Sequence record: MK250016.1
DNA from: Prevotella phage Lak-A1
Reading direction: 5' to 3' (one strand)
Length of the DNA stretch: 32,000 nucleotides
This document shows, piece after piece, positions 19,577-30,236 of this stretch. A program made the position numbers and the translations under genes. Below the pieces are notes generated by a model. That model had not been told where the DNA came from and searched no databases. It worked only from the letters and a program-made list of their open reading frames with translations. Numbering within the stretch: position 1 is the first letter of the stretch; each line of letters starts with the position of its first letter.

Positions 19577-20107
19577 TTATTTATCTTTAAATTCTAATGA
19601 ATCTGCAACTTCAATTTTTTTATATTTTGCACTATTATTACAACGATCCATAGCTCTCTTATATTTTTCACCAAAGAAATGATATGTATATTCATTGCGT
19701 TCTTTTATTGCTTTAATATCTAATAACATCGGATCTGTTGGATGATACTAAGAAACAAATCGATAAACTAAATCAAGTTCTAATTGCATAGTTTGATATG
19801 CATGTCGATTAATTTCTTCCTCTATATTTATCACCTCTAAAAGATAGTAAATATCATCTGCATAATCATCTTTATCTACTGCATCTTCAACTACAACTTT
19901 TACATTTTTTACTTCTGTTCTTAATTCCTATATTTCATTTGTATATATCTTAGAATAACTAAAATATATTACACCCAGTAAAATGACGATACCCAGTAAA
20001 TTTCTTAAAGCTTTTGGAATCTTAAACAACTAATCAATAAACTCTTTAATTGCTTCCTGGTCTCCAACTTTTTTGAAAAAATAGGAAAGAATCTAAAATA
20101 TATACAT
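19577..20107 (-). CDS. hypothetical membrane-anchored coiled-coil protein (176 aa with TAG read as Gln)
   Basis: Completely missed by the track: MYIFQILSYFFKKVGDQEAIKEFIDQLFKIPKALRNLLGIVILLGVIYFSYSKIYTNEIQELRTEVKNVKVVVEDAVDKDDYADDIYYLLEVINIEEEINRHAYQTMQLELDLVYRFVSQYHPTDP...KDK, then TAA. Confidence 0.75.
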
Positions 20108-20164
20108 TTTTAATTTATTTAATTATGTTATTTTAATATTTATCAAAAATATATACATAAGAAA

Positions 20165-20198
20165 AAAGGTTAAGATCTTAAAAGAGATCTTAACCTTT
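20165..20198 (-). terminator. strong terminator downstream of the vWA/DUF2828-like gene
   Basis: Perfect 14-bp stem AAAGGTTAAGATCT/AGATCTTAACCTTT flanked by A/T runs. Confidence 0.85.
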
Positions 20199-20237
20199 AA
20201 ATAACATTAATATTTATATTATGGTACTAATATAAAA

Positions 20238-21599
20238 TTATTTTGAAATATTCTTTGAATACTCTTCAATAAGTGTATTCAAGAACTTCTGTCCATCAAA
20301 TCCAACATTAAGGAACTTCAATAACATTGGTGAATAACCAGACATAAAAATATTTCCATACTTATCTGTCTCTGGTGATGTCGTATTTCGAGAATTGAAA
20401 TTCCACCAAACAAGCTTTGTATGCATTCCATTCTGCTTGAAAATATTCATCATCTCATCCTTTGTTTGATTTGAACCGCTATCAAACTCCATATCTGATA
20501 ATACGACAATCCAATCTGGTGCATTCGTTGAATCAAGTTCCTTCAGCTTTGCGCATACAGCGCCAAAGTCTGTATTAGAGCAATCACCAGTATACATTGA
20601 TTCAAGTTCTCTCTTATACTGAGATTCCTCAAAAAGATGTTGCTTTGAAAATTTTGGTGTTGTTCCCCAATAACCTCCGCGTACATAAGTATTTTCTACA
20701 CCAAGCTTCAACAATACAGGGTGTGAAGAAAAACTCAAAACCGTATCTGGAGCATATGTTGAACACTTTGCAAGATAATGACCTACTGCTAAAGCCTTTC
20801 CATAACTATCATTACTATCTTGCATTGAACCAGAAGAATCTACAACAGGAATCCAACTTCCTGAAATCTTTTCAATCTTTGAAAAGAACAAATCAGGATC
20901 AATCTTATCACGATTCTTATAAATGTCATAAACATTTGTAGTAGAAACCTTCAATTCTTGCTTACCTGAACGAACATCTTCCAAATACTTTTGAAACCTT
21001 ACCTTTGTATCTTCACCTGTTGAAAATCTCTTAAAATACTTAATCATTGCAAGTGATGGAACCTGTGAGAAAATAATCTCTTCCGTTCTATGTCGTGACA
21101 ACTTATTTTCTGTTGTATCAGACTTAATAAAATGTCCATAAGTCTGCTTATTCATATGAAACTGCTTTGCAATCTTACGAGCAAGCATAAGATTCTTAGA
21201 TGAATATCTAGGCATCCACTTCTTACAAAGTTCATTTCCTGACTTAATTTCACTATACAAAAATTCGCACATTTTTGCAAATGAAATTTCTCCCATCGAT
21301 TCCCATCCAATAAACAAATCATCGAAACGACCAGCTTTTACTACATCAGATGGTGTTACCTCGGTCAATAACATAAGACGACGACCAAGTTCACGTCTAC
21401 CCAATCCAAAACGAGGATCTCGCATCATCATGGCAAACAACTTTGCAGTCATAGAAGTACCAATATATGGAATTTCATCAAGATGCTTACCATAATATTC
21501 TGACATAAAGAGAATATCCAACATAGGATTCATTGTAGTGTTATATGCATTATCACCATTCTCTGTAGTCTTCTTTGCAAAAATTTCTTCCAATGTCAT
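20238..21599 (-). CDS. DUF2828/TROVE-like protein with vWA (MIDAS) domain (453 aa)
   Basis: MIDAS motif WIPVVDSSGSMQ, a later WIVVLSDMEF, and N-terminal helical repeats (FGLGRRELGRRLMLL...) resembling Ro60/DUF2828 architecture. Confidence 0.72.
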   Translation of the reverse strand: MTLEEIFAKKTTENGDNAYNTTMNPMLDILFMSEYYGKHLDEIPYIGTSMTAKLFAMMMRDPRFGLGRRELGRRLMLLTEVTPSDVVKAGRFDDLFIGWESMGEISFAKMCEFLYSEIKSGNELCKKWMPRYSSKNLMLARKIAKQFHMNKQTYGHFIKSDTTENKLSRHRTEEIIFSQVPSLAMIKYFKRFSTGEDTKVRFQKYLEDVRSGKQELKVSTTNVYDIYKNRDKIDPDLFFSKIEKISGSWIPVVDSSGSMQDSNDSYGKALAVGHYLAKCSTYAPDTVLSFSSHPVLLKLGVENTYVRGGYWGTTPKFSKQHLFEESQYKRELESMYTGDCSNTDFGAVCAKLKELDSTNAPDWIVVLSDMEFDSGSNQTKDEMMNIFKQNGMHTKLVWWNFNSRNTTSPETDKYGNIFMSGYSPMLLKFLNVGFDGQKFLNTLIEEYSKNISK

Positions 21600-21834
21600 A
21601 ATCTTTTCTTTTTAAATTTTGTTATTACAAAAGTTGTTTAAATATTAATTACCAAAAAATTATATTAAATTAAAAATTGCGGACTTAACTTTCATTTTTA
21701 ATAACAAACAAGAGTCTATTTACCATATCAAGGATTATCTTACAAATAATATATTTTCTAATTAATTTGCTGTTTTGACTCTCATGTATTTTTTATATGA
21801 ACAAATATGTATTTTGTCTATTTAACGAATATTT

Positions 21835-22389
21835 TTAATTTTTATTTGCACTTGGTAAATGTCCATGTGAAATACACCATAACATTAAATCATATACAAG
21901 TGAAATAAGTTCATCACCTTCAAGTTCAGGATCTTTAAATTCATGTTTTTTTATTTTAATGTGTTTATATATACCTTTTGTATTAATAGGTTTATATAAC
22001 ACTTTATACATATAATCAATATCTTTATTCTCATCTTTTTGTTTAATTATATGTAATTTTAATGTATGATAATTTTTTGTTTCGTCTATATTAACTGCAT
22101 TATATTCATTATCACAATATATAGTTGATGGGAGTAAATCTATCATTTGTTCAAGTGTCCAACTTCTATATGATAATTTTGTATTAACTCTATAATAATT
22201 AGAAGTACCAAAATGTAAATCATTGTATGATGTTGTACGCTGTGTCAATACTAAATCAAATTCATAACTTATATTATCAAGTGAATTAGTATGTGAAAAA
22301 CACATATGAACATGTTTATATGATGGAGAATATCCGCCATATACATCATTTATTTTCTTTTGCTCACTTTCTGTTAACCACGTTCTCAT
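21835..22389 (-). CDS. hypothetical protein (184 aa)
   Basis: Long ORF with an MRTWLTESEQKKINDVYGG start. Confidence 0.7.
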   Translation of the reverse strand: MRTWLTESEQKKINDVYGGYSPSYKHVHMCFSHTNSLDNISYEFDLVLTQRTTSYNDLHFGTSNYYRVNTKLSYRSWTLEQMIDLLPSTIYCDNEYNAVNIDETKNYHTLKLHIIKQKDENKDIDYMYKVLYKPINTKGIYKHIKIKKHEFKDPELEGDELISLVYDLMLWCISHGHLPSANKN

Positions 22390-22478
22390 ATTATTATAAT
22401 TAAAAAGAGTAGATACATATTGTTTTTATGTACCTACTCTTTATCATATATATTAAATATTAAAAAGTCTAATTAGAA

Positions 22479-25400
22479 TTAAACTAAAATACGAATTGCA
22501 TGTTTTGGTAATTGTGTTACTTTACCTGCAACTGTACAATCTACAAGGTCTGTATCATCTGTAGTATCTACATATGACTTAGGATTTACTTTAATCTTAC
22601 GTAATGGTTCATCATTTTCAGAAGCAATTACAGCAGGAATCCAATCTTCAACATCAATGTCTATATTGTCTTTATGCCATGTTTCTTCTTTATCACCTAC
22701 ATAAACTCTTACGTCATCTACACCTTCTAGAATATCTTTGAGATTTGCTTTAAATCTTTCACCATTCAATGTATTTTTCAAAACCATTGAATCTACTACA
22801 ATATTACATTCAACTGTTTTTCCATTTAAATCCGCCATTTTTTCAGCTTTAGGATTTTCTGGTGTTTTATTTAAATTATTCTTATCGAATTCAAATTGGT
22901 CTGGTGTATTGTCAATATCCTTAAATTGTGAAGGATCTGGTTTAATATCCTTTGAAGTTACATCAATTGTTTTACCATTCTTTGTAATTTTCAAATTTTG
23001 TTTATCACCAGTTTCTTCATCTACTGCAAATACAGTCCAAGGTTCATTTTTATAAAGAACTTTATCATTTACTTCATATTCAATAACAGCTCCTTCTTCT
23101 AAGAAAGGATTTTTGTTATGTTCAGTAACAAGATTTACATTAGGAAGTTTTGGTTTTACTGCTTCATTTTCATCCTGTTGTGGATCTAATGCACCGACTA
23201 AACCATCCTTCTTTTGTTTATCTTCAATTTCCTGTTTAAAATCATTTTCTTCTTTTGTTCCATATTTAGCGTCATTCGCTACTTTAGAATTATCAATATC
23301 ATTATCGGAATCGACTTTTGTAGAACGTTTAATCTTACAATTTTCAGTTATATACTTATTATTACTATCATAAGATCTTCCTGTTAATGCACTGAATATA
23401 GAAGATATGATAAACATACAATCATCACTATCTGTTATGTTATAAGATGTAAGTTGTTCACCTTTATCTGCATAATCGACTTTTAATGATTCTATTGTTT
23501 GTCCAGGAACTTCATCTTTGAAATCTTCAATTATTTGATAAAATTCTTTTGCATCACGGTAATAAATATCTGCACCAATTTGGTAAATTGCATATGATTC
23601 AGAATCACCAGATTCATAATTATCAGAAATAATAAAATATTTTACTGTATCAGAATCATGTCCTTCTGTTGCTAAATCAGTAACTATAACATTATTTCCG
23701 TCTTCATTTGCTTTTTCAGCAGATTTTATTGCCTTTACCTGCATTTTACTTAATGTATCATAATCTGTTTCTTCATTATAATCTTCTATTGGATTATTAC
23801 CAGTAGAATCGGATGTAGAAATCTCGTTTGTGGTACTTCCATCAATTATCTCTTCTGTGAGAGGAGTACCTTTCTAATCCTTTGATTTAGAAGCCTTGAT
23901 GGTAGCTTCATTTAAGAAAAAACTTTTACCCACCTTATTTTTAAATACAGGAGTAATCTTAATAGACTTATGTTCTTTAAGTGGTTTCTTTACCTTAACC
24001 TCTTTTGATTCTGGAATTTCTGTTCCGTCTGCAGAAGGTGCTGGTAATTCAATTTCTGTATTTCCTGATTTATATGTAGGAATAATTACAGTTTCTTTAT
24101 CATCTGAATCATCGTCCTCGTCGGAATCATCATCATTCTCATCTTCATCATCAGTTATATCAGACATTTTAAAACCAAACATATCATCGTCAGAATCATT
24201 ATCTGAATTATCATCATCGTTCTCATCTGATAACTTTGTTAATGGATAATCCCAATCGTCATCATCGTCATCATCATCTGAATCTAATTTCTGAGAATAT
24301 TCTTCACGATCTTCATCATTTCCATCTCTTAAATATGCTGCTTCCCAATCATCATCGTCGCCATCATCATCTGCAAGTTGTGCAGCAACAGTTGGACCTA
24401 CTTCTTCATTTGCAGGTTCAGCAGTTTCACAAACATCACTATAATCAGGATGATTCTTAATTGCATCAATAACAGCGGCATAAAGTTCATTTGTCATAGG
24501 TTCGTTATCAAGAATAGGATTATTATCATCATCCAAGTAGAACTCAATTGTCTTGTTCTCCACATACTTCTTACCTGTGCCATCAATCATAGGAACAATT
24601 ACAATAACAGAACCTGATTTTTCTTTCTTACCATCCTTAACATTCTCATCAAACATTACATCTGCAATTTTATATGAAAATTTAGGTTGATATGTTTCTT
24701 CTTTCTCATCTTCAACTGTTTTAGGTGTATTAGCTGGAATATCTTCAATTTCAGAATTTGTTCCAAGTGGATCTTCTGTATCACCACCAAATACATCTGT
24801 TGCTTCATCACCAGGTTCAGCAGTTTCATCATCATCTGAATTATCACCCATATCAACAGTTGTCATTGAATTATATGTATCTTCATCATTATCTTCTGAT
24901 GCAGTTTCATCATCATCAGAATTTACAAATTCATCTTCATCATCTGTTTCTGTTTCATCAGAATCTTCTGGTTCAAATATATCTTCATCATCATCAGTAG
25001 AATCTGAATCATCTGAATCATCATCAAAATTAACTTCCTTAAATGCTTCTTCATCATCTTCATCTGAATCTTCTTCAGAACCAAATACATCATCTGAATC
25101 ATAGTCATCATCTGAATCATCAAAATCAGTTTCATCTTCATCTGAATCGCTGTCTGCATCAATTGCATTAGCTGCTGCATCATCAAATCCAGTACCTTCA
25201 GAATCTTCATCATCATCTGAATCATCTGAATCATCATTTGAATCACTACCAAGGAATTTTGCAAATTCATCATCAGTAACACCTTCATCTGACTCTTCAT
25301 CATCAAAATTATCGGTTGCTTCAGAATCACCGTCTTCACCACTTAATGGTTGTGAAAGTTCATCTTTTGATGCATCAACTTCTTCATCAGACATTGGTTC

Positions 25401-27536
25401 ATTTGGATTTTCCTTTGTTACTGTACCATCATCTGTTGAATCATCATCTGTTGTTTCGTCATCATCTGTATCATCAGAATTATCTTCACCTGTTACATCA
25501 TCTGCTTGTTTCTGCCATTCCTTATATTCTGCCTTAATATCATCAAGTTTCTCTTCTGCATCTGCAATAGCTTTTTCAAGTTTCTCCTTATTTTCATCAG
25601 ATGCAGATTCAAGAGCTTTATTAAGTTTTTCAATCATATCCTCATACTTTTCGATAGAATCTTCATACTGATTCTTTGTCTCATTAAGTTTAAGAATAAT
25701 CTTATCTTGAGATGGAAGTAAATCACTGAATAATGATGATACATTAATACCCATATGTTCATTTAACTTATTCTTACAGAAAATAGGATTTACGTTTCTG
25801 TAGAATGTATGCTGACCAATCGCATCATTATGTGTTGCAATGAATATATTCTGATCAAGTTTAAACAAGTCTGCATTAATATTATTATTCTCATTAAGAG
25901 TTACATGCTTAGCCCAATCAATCTTTGCAATATTATTGAAATTCTCCAATAAACAAGAACACATAATATAGAAATTTGTATCATAATCATCATACTTCAT
26001 ACACATTTCACGAAGATTACGAAGTGTTTCTTTTGATTCTTTATGTCCATAAATATCAACATAACCTTCAAAAATTGTTGCATACTTATCATTACTATGA
26101 AGGATAATATGATCTTCATTTATTTCAACATGTGGATCATTTACAAGACGACAAAGTTCAACAAATCTCTCATCAAGCTGATCAACAAGTTTATCTTCTA
26201 ATACAGCAATGTTATTTCCTTTCTTTACATAGAATTGACCGTTAACATTGAAAATTGCTTCATTTTCCTTAACATACTGAACAGGCGTATAGATATTAGA
26301 AACTGATGCATTTTCTCTAATAATATTAATCTGATCTTTAATATTTAATGCTTTTTCTGTAAGTTCATTCGCTCTGCGAGAATTATCTGAATAGATAACA
26401 TTAAACATTTCATTGATATAAGGATCAGAAGCATATGGCATCAACGCATTACGTAATTGAACTCTGTTAATAGCATTAGGTTCTTTTACATAACGAGCAA
26501 CATCTTCTTGAATAAGGTCTACATAAATGAATGAAGAATGATCATCCTTCATTTCCTCTAAAATCTTAGTAAGTGTAATTTCTTCACGTTTTGAATCTAC
26601 CTTTTCAGTAATAGACTTCATTGCCTTACTAACAGGAAGCAAATAATTAAATTTAGATACATTCTGAAGGAATGTTTCATAAAGTCTCTCTTCATATGCA
26701 CCCTGATTAATAGCATTAGAATAAAGATTAATAACTTCCATAAGACGCTGATTAGATGAAGCGTCTGAATGACGAATATTATTAATATGTTCGGAAAGAT
26801 TAATTCCTTGATTATTTGCAATAGCATTTAAGCAGAAATCATCTTTTTCTGTTAAACGTGCTTTTTCATCTTCATCAAGTTTCTCATCAATATAACGTTG
26901 AACCTTTGAGAAAATCTGGTCCATTGTTTTCTTATCACGTTGTTCCTGAAGTTTCTTTTCAAAATTCTTTACTTCAGACTCATTAACATAATCTGCATGG
27001 ATAAAATTAGCAGACATAGAAGATTCTTCAGTAAGAAGAATATTTAATTTAGTTGCAACTGGATCACCATCTTCTACGAGTGGAGACAATGCTTCAACAA
27101 GATTATCCTTTGTTTCTTGACATTTATTTGCAACATATTGATTATACAAATATTTGATATTATCTTTTGTTAAAGGATTCTCAATCTGTTCAATAAGTTG
27201 ATAACCGACAAGATTTGCTCCATCAGTTGCCAATGTATTATTCATCTGTTCAATGACAGTCTTAATAGATTTATTACCTTTTGCGTATTTAGCAAGTCCT
27301 TGTCCAAACTGCTCAAAAAGCATAAAATCCTGAGCACCATTTACAAGTGCATTATTATAGTTAACCAAATAGCTCATTAATTCGGGATTCTTATGTCCCT
27401 CTTCAATAAGTCCATTTACATATCTATGAATATTGAACTTAGTGGTACCATCGAAGTTTTCTGTATCTCGATTAAAACTTTCTTGAATAATATTACGAAC
27501 GCCTTCTAAAAGCTCGTTTTTATTTAATTTTCCCAT
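22479..27536 (-). CDS. giant acidic protein, 1685 aa with TAG read as Gln; possible virion/assembly protein
   Basis: The 1220-aa ORF (23874..27536) and 421-aa ORF (22479..23744) are in the same frame, separated only by TAG 23874..23876; 27536-22479+1 = 5058 = 3x1686. Helical N-terminus, long D/S/E low-complexity centre, K-rich C-terminal modules. Confidence 0.85.
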
Positions 27537-27608
27537 TAAAGTTTAAATATGTATTTTTATTTTTATTATTTATTATCGAAAAAATTAAGCATATTTTCAA
27601 AAATATGC

Positions 27609-28979
27609 TTAAACTATTAGTATTGAATCACTTACACATTTATTTTCAGTATTATAGTGATCTCTTAAAATTAATTTTACTATTTTTGTATTAACCTTTC
27701 TTGGATAAACGAAACATTCAAATTCTATAGGATTATTTTCATCTATCATAAAATTTTTAAGATTTAATTTAGCTGGAACTTCCTTTAACTATCCTTTATT
27801 ATCTTCATATGATATTATACAGTCAACTTGTGGTTTTGCTGTTATAAAATATCCTTTATTTAATACATAAACAGTAGATTCATCAACAATACGTGTTTCT
27901 GGATCCGGATACATATAAATTTCAGGATTTGTATAAACTGTACATTCATCTGTATTAGGTACTAAAATATCAATACGAGATGGATTCTCAATAAAATCTA
28001 GCGGTATTCTCCAATGATAGAAATTATGATTATCGACTGAATCTAGAAGAAACTGTTCACCTTTATCATCTTCATATAAAATATCAACTTGAAGAAGATC
28101 TCTATCTTGATATGAATATTTCCATTCAACAAGAAGATCTTGTCCAGAAACAAGAATCATATCTTCAAAATCAGTTACCCAGTGTAATGGACCTGTTATT
28201 TTTTCTGGATGTTGTCTATTTACCCATATAGCATAACCCATATTATTAATGGCATTATCTGCAGGTCTTTCATTATATCTGTCAAATATAGGTTGATATG
28301 TTTCGCACTATATTGTAAATGGAACCTTTATCATCGTATCAGACGGTAACTGTCCGAATGTATAAGTGCCTCCTGCAGTTGGTTGATATGCAGATTCTGG
28401 AAATCCTACACGTACAGGTACAACAGTTCCTTTATAGTTTATATGAAATGTTAAATTTTTATAAAAGAATTCTCGATATGCCTGATTTATTTTCATTGCT
28501 TCATTCATTGTTGAACAACGAATTTCTACATTAAAACTATATGTTAACGGCATAGAATATAGATATGAAACATATGATTTAAGCTTACCATTTTCTCTGC
28601 GCGTATATTTTCCCATTACAAATCTGTTTGTAATGTTTCCTGATTCTATCTATACACTTGACATTGATAAACGTCCCTAAGGATAAAAATCGAAATTACC
28701 GTCTATTTTTTGTAAACCTATATCAGTACATTCATCACTTGTAAAATTCGTATAATTATCTTGAATAAACTTTTCTGAATTTTGATTTGAACCACCGAAA
28801 TCATAAAAAAATGGAACACAAACATTTTCTATTCCTTCTTCTGTATCATCCCATCTCTATTCGTAAAATAATCTTCTATTAAATACTTTTAATAAACCTA
28901 CGAGAATAGCTCTATCAAAAACATCTGTTGTGTTTCTTGTTTCAAAAAGCTATTTAGGTGTTAATTGTGTTTTTGACAT
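27609..28979 (-). CDS. putative virion structural protein (456 aa with several TAGs read as Gln)
   Basis: Joins 28308..28616 and 27789..28241 in frame and extends both ways: MSKTQLTPKQLFETRNTTDVFDRAILVGLLKVFNRRLFYEQRWDDTEEGIENV...RFVMGKYTRRENGKLKSY...VPFTIQCETYQPIFDRYNERP... 1371 nt = 3x457. Confidence 0.8.
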
Positions 28980-29016
28980 AATAAACTAAAATATAGTTTC
29001 AATATTTATTAAATAA

Positions 29017-29054
29017 AAAATGTGACTTATATTCCGGTATATAAGTCACATTTT
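29017..29054 (-). terminator. terminator
   Basis: Perfect 16-bp stem AAAATGTGACTTATAT/ATATAAGTCACATTTT. Confidence 0.8.
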
Positions 29055-29058
29055 AATA

Positions 29059-30222
29059 TTATCTTAATTCTTTATCTAATAGACATAAACCTGATTTATA
29101 AAATTTCCATATATTTATGGTATATATATGTTCATTTGTTTCCTTATCATCATATTCAAACATATATCTTACTTTCATAAAATTACCATGTTCATCTTTT
29201 CCTTGTTCACCTTTATCTTTAGAACCATAGTATATAGATGACATATAACCATAAGTTGGGACATTATAACCTTTATTTTGTAGATAAAGAATTGTTTCTT
29301 TATTTATAATATTTTCAATTTTAATCAAATCTTTAAATGTATATTGTTCAAAATTATTATCTATTACAAATTGTTTAAATAAATCTTCACCATATTCAAA
29401 TCCTTTATATTTAGATGGTTGTAATATAGATGGTTGTGAATTCATTCTATATTTCTTAAATCCTAATTTTTTAAGGAAATTCAAGAAATCATCAAATGAT
29501 TTCAAAGTATCAAATACATTTGGATATTCAAATGTTATATATGATGTTTTCCATACTTTTGATATAGATATAGGTTTCTAATCATTTGTACTAGACATAA
29601 CAAAAGTATTTACATATGAACTTAAATTATAAGAAGTTATAGGATAATCATCTGTTGAACTCATAATAATATCTTTCATTTTTGATGGAATACCATCTTC
29701 AAAATCAATAAATACTTTTTCAACAGTATAATTATTTTTTATATATACATTCATTAAAAAATATGTATTAATATATACAAAACGTTTTTTTGTACCATAT
29801 GTAACATATTCGCAGTCATTATCATCATTTGCATATATTATAATTCTATGAATAATATTATCAGTTACATATATTGAACATATTTTATGATTTCTAATAT
29901 ATATTTCTACACAATCATATGAATCATTTATATTATAATCTGCAAATTTACATCTAATTTCATAATAATCTAATCTCTTATATGAAACTAATTGTGTAAT
30001 AGATGATATATATAATTCTCCTATTTTATACAAATTTTCTGCATTATCTAAATCTGAATAACTTGATGGATATTCTGTTTTATTCCATGGTTTATTTTTT
30101 AATGTATTTAATTCATCATCGATAACCTTCTATGTAAATACAGACTATGTTGCATTATTATCCACAATATCATCAATATCATCAAATAAACTCTCTATTA
30201 AACGCTTTATTAATTTATTCAT
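29059..30222 (-). CDS. hypothetical protein (387 aa with TAGs read as Gln) bearing an MNKLIKRLIESLFDDIDD N-terminus
   Basis: 29578..30033 and 29059..29505 are in the same frame and joined through TAG 29578..29580; extends to ATG at 30222. 1164 nt = 3x388. Confidence 0.8.
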
Positions 30223-30236
30223 TTTTAATATTATTT

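Noticed and set aside
23745-23873. Intergenic gap between two separate genes (421 aa and 1220 aa)
   Set aside because: No stop codon other than TAG 23874-23876 lies between them and the frame is identical, so a single CDS is more parsimonious.
24656-25342. Minus-strand ORFs 24656..24856 and 24923..25342 rich in Met/Ile
   Set aside because: Alternative-frame readings of the GATGAT repeats inside the 1685-aa gene.
22738-25721. Plus-strand ORFs (22738..23055, 23113..23373, 23896..24249, 24236..24460, 24378..24617, 24758..25000, 25316..25721)
   Set aside because: Antisense shadows of the giant acidic gene. Their His/Leu/Ser-rich sequences are the reverse complement of GAT/GAA-rich codons.
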